Source: Alphaproteobacteria bacterium | GTDB taxonomy: Bacteria; Pseudomonadota; Alphaproteobacteria; CAAHEQ01; UBA3637 | Reading direction: 5' to 3' | Length of the DNA: 64,000 nt | Assembly (NCBI GenBank): GCA_045631185.1 | Contig: JAZQUH010000039.1 | Coordinates: forward strand, 139,740-203,739 | Notes under the pieces: generated by a model | What the model was told of the DNA's origin: nothing | The model's input: the letters and a program-made list of their open reading frames with translations, nothing else | Databases searched by the model: none | Shown: piece after piece, positions 53,952 to 63,996 of the stretch | Position numbering within the stretch: the stretch's first letter is position 1 | Layout: each line of letters opens with the position of its first letter | Position numbers and translations under genes: made by a program

Positions 53952-55195
53952 TTTAATTTATCCTGATGAACTAATTGACCGTTTTTCTTTAAATAATACC
54001 AACCGTCATGGGCTAAAATCGGGCGCGAACCGTTTGTATCCGTTTCGATGATATCTTCGTATTTTCCTTTTTTAATATCAAAGGATATGGATTTTTCCGA
54101 ACCAACAACCCAAAGTTTGCCATCTTGTAAAAATAATCCTTTTTTCCCCTTTATTTCGGGCAAAGCTTGTTGCCAAAATAAATGGCTTGTTTTTTTATCC
54201 AAAGCCAATAAAGTGTTGTCATTTGTTAAAAAGAAGAAAACATTCCCGTTGACAATAGGGGTCAATTGACCGCCATAGGGCAGGGACCAAATTTCTTCCC
54301 CGTCAATCAAATCAAAGGCAGCAGAACGATTGGCGTGTCCCACTAAATAGGCCGTATCATCATCAATAACCGGGCTGGCTGTCATTTGGGTGATATTTGA
54401 AATATGATTAAAGGCTTTGGCACCTGTCATATCCTGTTCCCACAAATAAGCCCCTGTGTTTTTATCAAAGGCAATGACCGAACCTGATGAAAACGGCACA
54501 ATCAATCTGTCGCCATCAATGGCAGGGCTCCCCATTTGTTGTAAAAAAGTCATGGGTGCTTCAGTTTTGTAATGCCAATTTTCTTTTCCGTTATCAATAT
54601 TTAAAGCCCATACATCATTATTGGCTGATAACAAATAGATATTGTTTTCGTGTATGGTCGGATTGTTTCTGAAAGGTGCTTTCAAATCTTTTTGCCACAA
54701 AATTTTACCGTTAAAATCAATGGCAACAACTTTTCCGTTTTGTGATAGGGCAATCAAACGGTCATTGTCTTTGGCAAAACCGACACCTGCATCCGATATT
54801 TCGGATAATTTTGTTTGCCATAAATTTTCACCTGTTGAACGCAAATGGGCACGCGCAACAAATTCACCGTCCAATGTATAAACATTTTTTTTGCCGGTGA
54901 TGGGGGCGGGCAATAATATACCGTTATTCGATTGTTCTTCGGCCCCTTTTTGAATCCAATTGTTTTGGTCGGATGTTGATTTCATGCGTGGTGCATTGTT
55001 TTGGGCATTATAAAACGGTGTGTGAATAATCATATCATTTTTAATGCTTTCCAATTGAATTGCTGTATCGGCCTTTGGAATAACAACCTCTTCTTGTAAA
55101 GAAATACGTCCTTCTTTTGGTGCGAATTTTTTATCCGAAGCACAACCAAATACGGCCAAACACAACAAACACAATATCCCCAACTGTCGTTTCAT
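53948..55195 (-). CDS. bamB: outer-membrane protein assembly factor BamB (PQQ-like beta-propeller lipoprotein)
   Basis: Lipobox LAVFGC|A, repeated W-containing propeller blades, and conserved yfgM-bamB-der order. Confidence 0.8.
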   Translation of the reverse strand: MKRQLGILCLLCLAVFGCASDKKFAPKEGRISLQEEVVIPKADTAIQLESIKNDMIIHTPFYNAQNNAPRMKSTSDQNNWIQKGAEEQSNNGILLPAPITGKKNVYTLDGEFVARAHLRSTGENLWQTKLSEISDAGVGFAKDNDRLIALSQNGKVVAIDFNGKILWQKDLKAPFRNNPTIHENNIYLLSANNDVWALNIDNGKENWHYKTEAPMTFLQQMGSPAIDGDRLIVPFSSGSVIAFDKNTGAYLWEQDMTGAKAFNHISNITQMTASPVIDDDTAYLVGHANRSAAFDLIDGEEIWSLPYGGQLTPIVNGNVFFFLTNDNTLLALDKKTSHLFWQQALPEIKGKKGLFLQDGKLWVVGSEKSISFDIKKGKYEDIIETDTNGSRPILAHDGWYYLKKNGQLVHQDKLK

Positions 55196-55201
55196 TTGAA
55201 A

Positions 55202-55900
55202 TTACTCCCCTGATTTTAAAGCGTTTAATCTGGCTTTTAAATTGGGTGTGATTTTTGGATTTGCCAAGGCTTTTTGAATTAATTCATTGGCTTGTTTGGT
55301 TTCGTTTTGTTTTTTCAATAAAATCACGCTCAATTCTGTGGCCAAAGCCTGAAATTGTTGATCCTGTAATAAGGGTTTTAATTGGGCCAACAATTCCTGA
55401 GAATTACCATCTTCTATTTGATAGCTGACCAAAGTCAAAACACCCACTTGATGCAAAGGATCGTCTTTGTTTGTTTGTTGAATCAATTGTTCAATAGTTT
55501 GAATGGCTTTTTCTTTTTCGCCTTGCAGCATTAAAATGTCGGCTAATTCCAATTGAGCCAAAGTTTTATAGCCGGATTTGCCATTTTGGGCCAACTCTTC
55601 AAAACCTTTGACGGCATCCTGATTATGTCCGTTTACAGTTAAAAGAACCGATTTTTCAAACAAATCAGATTCTTTTAAACGTGTGTTCATTTTCCAAGAA
55701 TTGTAGGTTTCAAAACCTAATGTTCCGGCCAAAATCAAAAAGACGGCCGAATAAATCAACCAACTGTATTTTTTCCAAAAACGGGTTAGGCGTTCTTGTT
55801 GAATTTCTTCATCCACTTCCAACTCAAAGGCTTTAGCCTGACATTCGGCACAGCTGGGACATTTGTTTTTGTTGCATGAATTACAGTTTTTCTTGGTCAT
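55202..55900 (-). CDS. yfgM: YfgM-like TPR membrane protein with an N-terminal Cys-rich extension
   Basis: Single TM (YSWLIYSAVFLILAGTLGF) then a TPR-like periplasmic part, positioned upstream of bamB. The N-terminus is MTKKNCNSCNKNKCPSCAEC. Confidence 0.65.
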   Translation of the reverse strand: MTKKNCNSCNKNKCPSCAECQAKAFELEVDEEIQQERLTRFWKKYSWLIYSAVFLILAGTLGFETYNSWKMNTRLKESDLFEKSVLLTVNGHNQDAVKGFEELAQNGKSGYKTLAQLELADILMLQGEKEKAIQTIEQLIQQTNKDDPLHQVGVLTLVSYQIEDGNSQELLAQLKPLLQDQQFQALATELSVILLKKQNETKQANELIQKALANPKITPNLKARLNALKSGE

Positions 55901-55917
55901 AAATACTCCTTATGTTT

Positions 55918-57162
55918 TTAATGAAATCTGATTTCTACTTCTTCCCATTGGGTAAAGTTCAGATTACCATTAGCATATTCTGGCAAAATAGGCAACAAAA
56001 TTTCTTGGGGTATCATCAAAGGGATTGGTTCAAAGATGTCAAAATTCATCGGTTGTGGTATATACTCGGGCTTTGATTTAACAGGTGTTTGATGATATTT
56101 TGGTTGAATTTTGGCCGGTCTTTTTTTGATAGGTAATTTTTCTTTTTTGGGTTGTTCTTGATATTCTTTTTGAACAACTTTCACATTGTCATGGATGTTA
56201 TATTCACCTTCATGTACCACGATATTGGTGTTTTGGGCGCTTTTTTCACAACGCCATTGTGTTGATCCGATTTTAACCGCCACAAAACCTTCATTACAAA
56301 AACAGTTTGTTCTGTCAATTCTGTATCCTTTTGTTTTGTTGGCATTTTCGGGACAAAAAGCACAGATGTTGCCCACGCAATTTTGTCCTATATCCCAATC
56401 ATTATAAAGAGGAATACAGTCGTTTTTTAAATCATTCAGCTGGTAACCTGAATCACAATAACAATTGGTTGTGCTGATGCGTTGGTTTAAATGTACGATA
56501 CGTGAACTATTGGGTGGACATGTATAACATTTGTTGTCAATGCAGTCTTCGTCAATTCCACAGTTGCTGGCGGTTAAACAAGCAACACATTCATCGTTCT
56601 TTGTGCGATATGGTTTGCTTTTGGGACAAATATTGTCTTGTTTTTGATAGATGATATTTTTTTCTATATTTTGTGATTTTACTTGTGGTTCACGAGGTGT
56701 TTGTTGGGCTGTGTTAACAGGAAAGTAAAAACGAATTAATCCTGGGCATTTTCCATCCTCAGAGCCATTAATGGTAATGAGGTGGGGTGACAGCAAATCT
56801 GTATCTGTCAATTCTTTACAGATATTTTTGGATTTAGGCACATTAACGGCAATTGAAAAATACCCTTTTTTGTATTCTTCGGGCGGGACAGCCGTTTCGC
56901 TTTGAATGATAATGGTTGTTCCGTGAGGGCCGTTTTGATAGTAAGCTTTGGACGGATAGTTCATTTTATCCAAACGTTGTTTTTGGATTTCGGGGTGATA
57001 AATTTCCACTCTTTCGGCCACTGCCTTGGCAATATCATCAGCTTTTGCCGAAGCACCTGTTGTTTGACAAATCCGAACAATTAAAGTCAGTAATAAACCG
57101 ATAATGACAATAAAAGCAATTACTTTTAAAATCGTACGACCTGATTCATATTTTTTGTCCAT
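55918..57162 (-). CDS. third pilin-like/cysteine-rich family member with P/K/Q-rich C-terminus
   Basis: MDKKYESG|RTILKVIAFIVIIGLLLTLIV (Lys rather than Glu at +5). ECVACLTASNCGIDEDCIDNKCYTC module. ATG 57162 with SD aaggag is preferred over GTG 57186. Confidence 0.6.
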   Translation of the reverse strand: MDKKYESGRTILKVIAFIVIIGLLLTLIVRICQTTGASAKADDIAKAVAERVEIYHPEIQKQRLDKMNYPSKAYYQNGPHGTTIIIQSETAVPPEEYKKGYFSIAVNVPKSKNICKELTDTDLLSPHLITINGSEDGKCPGLIRFYFPVNTAQQTPREPQVKSQNIEKNIIYQKQDNICPKSKPYRTKNDECVACLTASNCGIDEDCIDNKCYTCPPNSSRIVHLNQRISTTNCYCDSGYQLNDLKNDCIPLYNDWDIGQNCVGNICAFCPENANKTKGYRIDRTNCFCNEGFVAVKIGSTQWRCEKSAQNTNIVVHEGEYNIHDNVKVVQKEYQEQPKKEKLPIKKRPAKIQPKYHQTPVKSKPEYIPQPMNFDIFEPIPLMIPQEILLPILPEYANGNLNFTQWEEVEIRFH

Positions 57163-57219
57163 AGCGTACTCCTTTGTTATGGGCACTATTTTATCAGATT
57201 TTGTCGTTTTTGTCTAGTT

Positions 57220-57993
57220 TTATTTTTCTTTTTTTGGCAATGATGCAAAAATGGGTCTGGCAATCCAGCCTGGCAACATACTGCCTAAACGTGCGCCAAA
57301 GGCCATAATCCACGGAAAAGCAATTTGCGCTGGGGCTTTTTGTAAACGTTTTTTAATGATTTTTGCTGCCTTTTCAGGCTTCATTAAAAACGGCATATAG
57401 AATTGATTTTTATCCGTTAAAGGTGTTTCAATAAAGCCTGGGCAAATGGTGGTGATTGTAATACCTTTGGGTTTTTGTTGACCATACAGGGCTTCCCCTA
57501 AGGCTCTGACGGCATTTTTACTGGCCGAATAGGCCGGACAGCTGGCCATTCCACGAAAGCCCGCTAAAGAGGCCATCAATGCCACTTGTCCTTTGTGTCT
57601 TTTTTGCATACATTTTAATGCCGGTAAAACGGTATTCAAAACACCGAAAATGTTTGTTTTCATAATTTGACGGATGGATTCATCCGTTTCGGGGGTCCCT
57701 AATACACCGCCCGATACACCGGCATTGGCAATGACTAAATCCAAATGTTTTGTTTTGTCGGCCTGTAAAACGGCATTAGTTGATGCTTTTTCATCATTTG
57801 TATCGAAAACATAGGTGTAAACTGTGGCACCTTTTTCGGTACAAATTCCCGCCACCTGCAATAAGCGTTCTTGATTGCGACCGCATAAATGCAGAGTGAT
57901 TTTTTCATCGGCATATGCCAAAGCCAAAGCTTTGCCCAAACCACTGGAAGCACCGGTAATAAAGACGGATTTTGGTAAAATTTTCTGACACAT
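57220..57993 (-). CDS. short-chain dehydrogenase/reductase (SDR) family oxidoreductase
   Basis: TGASSGLGKALA, NAG, and YSASK catalytic motif. Start at ATG 57993, directly after the ABC gene stop. Confidence 0.8.
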   Translation of the reverse strand: MCQKILPKSVFITGASSGLGKALALAYADEKITLHLCGRNQERLLQVAGICTEKGATVYTYVFDTNDEKASTNAVLQADKTKHLDLVIANAGVSGGVLGTPETDESIRQIMKTNIFGVLNTVLPALKCMQKRHKGQVALMASLAGFRGMASCPAYSASKNAVRALGEALYGQQKPKGITITTICPGFIETPLTDKNQFYMPFLMKPEKAAKIIKKRLQKAPAQIAFPWIMAFGARLGSMLPGWIARPIFASLPKKEK

Positions 57994-57994
57994 A

Positions 57995-59779
57995 TTATGC
58001 TCCTTTATTTTTGAATTGGGCATTGTAAAGTGTGTAATAGGCACCCTTTTGTTCCAACAATTTTTCGTGGGATCCGCGTTCCACAATTTCACCTTCGTTG
58101 ATGACAACAATCATGTCGGCGTTGCGGACGGTACTCAAACGATGGGCAATCACCAAAACGGTTCTGTCTTTCATTAAATTATCAATGGCTTGTTGCACAA
58201 TACCTTCGGATTTGTTGTCCAAAGCCGAAGTGGCTTCATCCAAAATAACAATCGGTGCATTTTTCAAAAAGGCCCGTGCAATGGCAATACGTTGTTTTTG
58301 CCCGCCTGATAATAATGAACCACGTTCGCCGATATGGGTATCCAAACCGTTTTCCAATTCATTAATAAAATCCGTCAGACAGGCCATTTCAATAGCACGA
58401 TTGATTTCTTTTTCCGTGGCATCAAATTTGCCCAATAACAGATTATCACGAATGGTGCCCGAAAACAAAAAGTTATCCTGAAAAACCATAGCGATATTTT
58501 GACGCAAAGAATGCAGATTCAAATCACGAATATCTGTTCCGTCAATGGTAATTGAACCTTTGTTGACATCATAAAAGCGGGGAATCAGGCTGACAATCGT
58601 ACTTTTACCGCCACCGGAATTGCCCACAAAGGCAACCGTTTTACCTTTGGGAATGGTCAGGTTGATATCTTTTAATACGGGTGTATCCGCCACGTATTCA
58701 AAGGATACATCGTGGAAAGTAATATCTTTTTTAATCGGACGCATTTCGATGGCATCTTTTTTGTTGTGAATGGGGATTTTGTAATCCAAAATTTCAATGA
58801 TACGTTCCACCGCCAAAAATGAAATTTGTACCTGATTAAAGTTTTTGCCGATACTTTTAACAGGTGTGTACAACGCCAACAAAGATGTCATAAAGGCCAC
58901 GAAATCACCGGCGGTCATTTGACCTGAGGTAATTAAATAACTGCCCGCCCAAATGGCACCGGCCATCCCAAAGGCAATAATCACATGCATCATGGGGGAT
59001 AACCATGCGGTTCTTTGTGTTGTTTTGATGCTCAATTTAAAACCACGTTTTAATAAATCATAAAAATTGTTTTTTTGGTATTCCTGCAAATTATAGGATG
59101 CAATTGTTTTTGCCCCCGCATGCGTTTCATTAAAGACGGTATAACCGTCAGCACTGACTTGAACGGATTTTTTGACCACGTCTTTAATGCGTTTGCGGAT
59201 ACCGGCCAAGGGCCACAAAGCCCCGCCCAAAACAACAATCGCCATAATGGCCAATTGCCACGATGTGTAAAATAAAACGCAAATCAAGGCAATAGATGAA
59301 AAAATACGCGTTGTGAAAACTTTAACGTTGTTTAATAAACCAGCACAGGCAATGGCGGGATCTCCGTTAAAGCGCTGGGCTAAATCCCCTGATGAATGGG
59401 CGTCATAATAACTTTGATCCATATCCATCAGCTTTTTATATAAACGGCGTTGCATTTCTTGTGTGATTTTACCGCCTGTCCAAGTGGTTAAATACGCGGC
59501 CCCGTATTCAATCAATCCTTGAATAACAGTAAAGCCGATAATCCCCAAAGGAATCACATATAACGGTAAATCAAAGGGGGTCTTTGTGCCGTTGCTCATC
59601 ACGATTGTATCGGTAAAGGGTTTCAATGCCAAAGTCATCACGGCATCCAAAGCACCGATGGGTAAAGTGATTAAAATGGCAAGCAAAGAACGGAACCAAA
59701 ATGGTTTGACAAAGGGCCAAATTCTTTTATATAAACGAACCCAACGCCATTTTTGTATTTGTTTTGATAAATAGGCCAT
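57995..59779 (-). CDS. msbA: ABC exporter, fused permease/ATPase (MsbA/lipid A export-like)
   Basis: Six-TM N-domain, Walker A GNSGGGKST, signature LSGGQKQRIAIARA, Walker B ILDEATSALD. Confidence 0.75.
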   Translation of the reverse strand: MAYLSKQIQKWRWVRLYKRIWPFVKPFWFRSLLAILITLPIGALDAVMTLALKPFTDTIVMSNGTKTPFDLPLYVIPLGIIGFTVIQGLIEYGAAYLTTWTGGKITQEMQRRLYKKLMDMDQSYYDAHSSGDLAQRFNGDPAIACAGLLNNVKVFTTRIFSSIALICVLFYTSWQLAIMAIVVLGGALWPLAGIRKRIKDVVKKSVQVSADGYTVFNETHAGAKTIASYNLQEYQKNNFYDLLKRGFKLSIKTTQRTAWLSPMMHVIIAFGMAGAIWAGSYLITSGQMTAGDFVAFMTSLLALYTPVKSIGKNFNQVQISFLAVERIIEILDYKIPIHNKKDAIEMRPIKKDITFHDVSFEYVADTPVLKDINLTIPKGKTVAFVGNSGGGKSTIVSLIPRFYDVNKGSITIDGTDIRDLNLHSLRQNIAMVFQDNFLFSGTIRDNLLLGKFDATEKEINRAIEMACLTDFINELENGLDTHIGERGSLLSGGQKQRIAIARAFLKNAPIVILDEATSALDNKSEGIVQQAIDNLMKDRTVLVIAHRLSTVRNADMIVVINEGEIVERGSHEKLLEQKGAYYTLYNAQFKNKGA

Positions 59780-59890
59780 AAAAACTCCTTTTTTGAATAA
59801 TCCGATTGTATCAAAGTTTTATCGCCCCGTCAAGTTTTTACTTGTTTTTGTTTTTAAAAAGGTGTAAAAAGATATGGAAAGGAAGTTTGA

Positions 59891-61654
59891 TTGATGATGG
59901 AATTGACAGGTGATAAGGTTTCTTTAAACGGTTGTATGTGGCGTCTTTTAAATGCGGATGAACGTTCGGTTCAAACGTTGATGCAACAAATGAATTTACC
60001 CGAAATTGTGGCCCGATTATTGGTTTTGCGTGGTGTGGATGCGCAAACGGCGGATTCTTTTTTATATCCACGCTTAAAAACACACTTGCCCAATCCCGAT
60101 ACATTAAAGGATATGCAAAAATCGGCCAATCGGGTTTCAGATGCCATTGAACAGGGCGAACCCATCGGCATTATGGGGGATTATGATGTTGACGGTGCCA
60201 CATCTACGGCGATTTTAAAAATGTTTTTACAAAGTCTGGGTGTTCAGGTTTATACCTTTATTCCCGATCGTGAAGACGGCTATGGCCCTAACGCCCAAAA
60301 AATGCACGAATATAAAGAATCGGGGTGTTCGGTTGTGTTGACTTTGGATTGTGGCACAACGGCTTATCAGGCCATTGAAACTGGTACGGATTTAGGGTTG
60401 GATGTGATTATTTTGGACCACCATAATGCCGAGGTTGTTTTACCCCGATGCTATGGGGTTGTCAATCCGAAACGCTTGGATGAACCGGTGGATCACCCTT
60501 GTCATCATTTGGCGGCCTGTGGTGTGGTGTTTTTGTTTGTGATAGCCTTAAATGCCTGTTTACGCCAAAGGGGATTTTATCGGGATAAAACCGAACCTAA
60601 CCTGATGCAGTATTTGGATTTGGTTGCCTTTGGCACGGTATGTGATGTGGTGCATCTGCGAGGTGTAAATCGTTTATTGGTGAAAAGCGGTTTGCAACAA
60701 TTCCATAAAAATCAAAACAAAGGGATTTATGCCCTTTGTCAGTGTGCCAATATCAATGAACCGATTCAGGCGTATCATTTGGGCTATATTTTGGGCCCTC
60801 GAATCAATGCCTGCGGTCGTGTGGGCAAGTCGGATTTGGGTATGAAACTGCTCAGTTGTTCGGATGAAATTCAAGCATCCATATTGGCCCAAGAACTGGA
60901 TGGTTTAAACTTGGCCCGCCGTGAGATTGAGGCTGATGTAATGCTTCAGGCGATAGAGCAGGTGGAATCCGATACCCGTGAACGCACCTTTATATTTGTC
61001 AAGGGGGAAAACTGGCACCAAGGCGTTGTGGGGATTGTGGCCGGTCGATTGAAGGAAAGATATAATCTGCCCGTTTTGGTAATGAGTGTAGAAGGCGATG
61101 AAGTCAAAGGTTCGGCCCGTTCTGTAATGGGTGTTGATATCGGCACGATTATTATGAATGCCGTCACCAAAGGATATCTGACCCGTGGGGGAGGGCATCC
61201 GATGGCAGCTGGATTTTCATTGACAAAGGAACAATTGCCGGCATTTGAAAATTATTTAAACGAAATGATTACGGCCGAAAAATTGCCCTCTGGTCCGGCA
61301 CAAATAAATGTGGATGGTATTTTGGATTTGGGTGGCGTTTCGTGGGATTTGGCCGAACAATTGGATTTGCTGGCCCCCTATGGTGATGGCAATAACGAAC
61401 CGACTTTTGTTATTAAAAACGTCACTTTGAGACACGTCAATTTATTAAAAAATGGCCATATCAGTTGTTCTTTAACCAATATGTCGGGCCAACGCTTAAA
61501 TGCAATTGCTTTTAAGGTGGCCGATACACATTTGGGACAAACGTTTTTAAAAGGCTTGGGGCAAAAATTCCATATTCTTGGGACATTGAAAAAAGACGTT
61601 TGGAATGGTCGCAAAAAAGTTCAGTTGCAAATTTTAGATGCGATGAGTGTATAA
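59891..61654 (+). CDS. recJ: single-stranded-DNA-specific exonuclease RecJ
   Basis: DHH motifs GDYDVDGATS, LDCG, ILDHHN. DHHA1 GGGHPMAAG. The start may be ATG 59894. Confidence 0.92.
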   Translation: MMMELTGDKVSLNGCMWRLLNADERSVQTLMQQMNLPEIVARLLVLRGVDAQTADSFLYPRLKTHLPNPDTLKDMQKSANRVSDAIEQGEPIGIMGDYDVDGATSTAILKMFLQSLGVQVYTFIPDREDGYGPNAQKMHEYKESGCSVVLTLDCGTTAYQAIETGTDLGLDVIILDHHNAEVVLPRCYGVVNPKRLDEPVDHPCHHLAACGVVFLFVIALNACLRQRGFYRDKTEPNLMQYLDLVAFGTVCDVVHLRGVNRLLVKSGLQQFHKNQNKGIYALCQCANINEPIQAYHLGYILGPRINACGRVGKSDLGMKLLSCSDEIQASILAQELDGLNLARREIEADVMLQAIEQVESDTRERTFIFVKGENWHQGVVGIVAGRLKERYNLPVLVMSVEGDEVKGSARSVMGVDIGTIIMNAVTKGYLTRGGGHPMAAGFSLTKEQLPAFENYLNEMITAEKLPSGPAQINVDGILDLGGVSWDLAEQLDLLAPYGDGNNEPTFVIKNVTLRHVNLLKNGHISCSLTNMSGQRLNAIAFKVADTHLGQTFLKGLGQKFHILGTLKKDVWNGRKKVQLQILDAMSV

Positions 61655-61660
61655 AAGTTC

Positions 61661-61689
61661 TTGCATTTTTGAAAAAAGTGGAGTATAAT
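61661..61689 (+). promoter_or_regulatory. promoter of tRNA-Pro(GGG)
   Basis: TTGCAT-17 nt-TATAAT, with the -10 ending 10 nt before the tRNA 5' end. Confidence 0.65.
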
Positions 61690-61699
61690 GCGAAATATT

Positions 61700-61776
61700 C
61701 GGAGTGTAGCGCAGCCTGGTAGCGCACTTGTCTGGGGGGCAAGGTGTCGTGGGTTCAAATCCCGCCACTCCGACCA
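61700..61776 (+). tRNA. tRNA-Pro (anticodon GGG), CCA encoded
   Basis: CGGAGTGTAGCGCAGCCTGGTAGCGCACTTGTCTGGGGGGCAAGGTGTCGTGGGTTCAAATCCCGCCACTCCGACCA. C1-G72 pair. Confidence 0.88.
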
Positions 61777-61861
61777 TTAAAAAATGATAACCCATTGTAA
61801 TATATGGGTTATTTTTTTGCCTTTTTCCAGGTAAAAATGAAAAAAGAGGCAAAAATTCATA

Positions 61862-63757
61862 ATGGTGAGACGAAATACCCCCAAACAATATCAAACAAGA
61901 TTACACCTTAGAGACCACACATACTACATAAGAGTTGCAGTCCCCAAAGCATTAAAAACACTTGAAAAAAGGAATGAAATCAGGTATAGTCTAGGAACCA
62001 AAGATTACTTTACAGCAATTGAAAGGTTAAGAAGAGAAAACTATAAGATTAATCTCTATTTTGAGTGGTTAAAAGGATTTCTAATGGAATTAAAGGATAA
62101 AAAAATCATTTTCACTGATATAGAATTACAGCAATTACTCACATATAAGATGAGAATGATAGATGATACTTGTGATAACCACTACTACCAAATTAAGAAT
62201 GGAACCTACCCTGCTGATAACATCAAAACATTTGGAAATAAACAGTTAGCAGATTATAACAAAGAAACCTTTGATGAAAATGCTCCTGATGAACAAGCAG
62301 ATAGTCCTAATGACATTCAGTTTATCAAGCATCAATTCAATAAACTTGTCTATGACTATATGGAATGGTTGAACAAAAGACCTGAAACAAAAGTATCTAC
62401 CAAAGAATTGATAACAAAAATTAAAGAAGGTGGATACCAGCTGTTTCAATTAAAAGAACAGGATAAAGATTCTGAACTCCCCAATCAGATGCTAAGCATT
62501 TTTAGACATTTGCTTGACATAGACCAATACACAGAAGAAAAGTTTGCTAAATTGCAAGGTAAGACAACTAGTATTCCTAAATCATCCATGATTAGAACAC
62601 TGGAAAGTGCTGTTGAATATCAAAAATCACAAGAACTCAGTGGAGTCTTTAAAACAAGAACAACTTGGTTGGATGCTTTTGCTGATATGATAAGACCTGC
62701 CAAAAATGCTGGGAATGTTAGCACAACCACCTTAAATGAAAAGAAACAATGCCTTTCATTCATTATGGAATTGTTGGATAAAGAATATGTTGAAGACATT
62801 AATTATGATGATTGCAAGAAATTAAATAGATTGATTTATAGAGTGCCTAAAAATGCCAGCAAGAAATATCCAGATAAGAAACTGATTGAAGTATTGTTGG
62901 AAGATGAAGATGACAGAGAAGAAGGTTTGTCTATGACAAGCATTTACAAGTATCTTGCCATTTTCAAAGAGTTTTTAAAATATTGCAGAAAGCAAAGATT
63001 ATTAAGTGAGGACCTTGCAGATTTAATTGATTCACCTAAAAGGATTAAAGGAAAGAATCCATACTCACCTTTCACAGATGAAGAACTTTGCAAGATATTT
63101 GACCCTGTTAATTATTGTAAATACACCAAGGATGGACAAGAAGCACCAAAGTTCTTTGTGCCACTCATTAGTTTGTTTAGTGGAGCAAGATTAAATGAAA
63201 TCTGCCAAATTAGAATGGAAGATATCATTGAAGATGATGATATTGTTTATTTCCATACCAGTGATAAGCATCCACTGCAATCTTTAAAGAATGACCAATC
63301 AAAAAGAAGAATCCCCTTTCATCCTGTTTTAAAGAAAATGGGATTGTTCAAATACATTCATCAACAAAAAAGAAATAATGAAGAATGGTTATTTCCTACA
63401 CTTCTTAAACAATATGATCCAAAAAAACATAAGTTTGGTAAAAATGTAGGCAGGTCTTTTGGTAGATACTTAGAACAACTGGGCATTACAGAAAAATCAA
63501 AAGTATTCCATTCATTCAGGCATACAGTTAGACCAAAACTAAGGGATGAATGTCGTTTATCCCAAGAATATATTGATGCTTTGTGTGGATGGGAAGGCAC
63601 TGGGGGCAATGCTGGAACAAAGAACTATTCCCATAAAGAACAAATCCCAATCAGAATGCTTAATTCTTTTATTTCTAAAATCAAATATCCAAAACTGAAT
63701 CCTTTATTCACCCAAATCAATGAGAGAATTAAATTAAGAAAAAAATATTATCAATAA
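61862..63757 (+). CDS. int: tyrosine-type site-specific integrase (long N-terminal arm-type domain)
   Basis: Catalytic residues: GARLNEICQIR (Arg), HSFRHTV (His-x-x-Arg), GTKNYSH (Tyr). The N-terminus has HTYYIRVAVPKAL...EIRYSLGTKDY, typical of island integrases. Confidence 0.85.
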   Translation: MVRRNTPKQYQTRLHLRDHTYYIRVAVPKALKTLEKRNEIRYSLGTKDYFTAIERLRRENYKINLYFEWLKGFLMELKDKKIIFTDIELQQLLTYKMRMIDDTCDNHYYQIKNGTYPADNIKTFGNKQLADYNKETFDENAPDEQADSPNDIQFIKHQFNKLVYDYMEWLNKRPETKVSTKELITKIKEGGYQLFQLKEQDKDSELPNQMLSIFRHLLDIDQYTEEKFAKLQGKTTSIPKSSMIRTLESAVEYQKSQELSGVFKTRTTWLDAFADMIRPAKNAGNVSTTTLNEKKQCLSFIMELLDKEYVEDINYDDCKKLNRLIYRVPKNASKKYPDKKLIEVLLEDEDDREEGLSMTSIYKYLAIFKEFLKYCRKQRLLSEDLADLIDSPKRIKGKNPYSPFTDEELCKIFDPVNYCKYTKDGQEAPKFFVPLISLFSGARLNEICQIRMEDIIEDDDIVYFHTSDKHPLQSLKNDQSKRRIPFHPVLKKMGLFKYIHQQKRNNEEWLFPTLLKQYDPKKHKFGKNVGRSFGRYLEQLGITEKSKVFHSFRHTVRPKLRDECRLSQEYIDALCGWEGTGGNAGTKNYSHKEQIPIRMLNSFISKIKYPKLNPLFTQINERIKLRKKYYQ

Positions 63758-63828
63758 AAATTCTTTGATTACACTTTTTAATTTTTTTTTCATAAATAAT
63801 TTTGCAAACTAAAATTAAGAGGTGTAAA

Positions 63829-63996
63829 ATGAATACTGTCAAAATAGATGCCCATTTATGGCATATTTTCAATGAATTTATTGAATTAGTTAAACATAAT
63901 ATCAGTCATAATCAAAGATTAGATGACAAGAAACAAGCAGAGTTTCTTGAAGAATTAAGCAAAATTACAATTAAGGAAGAGGAGATAAAAGAATGA
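63829..63996 (+). CDS. small hypothetical island protein
   Basis: SD aagaggtg before ATG 63829. Its stop overlaps the next ATG (gaATGAtt), suggesting an operon continuing beyond the window. Confidence 0.45.
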   Translation: MNTVKIDAHLWHIFNEFIELVKHNISHNQRLDDKKQAEFLEELSKITIKEEEIKE

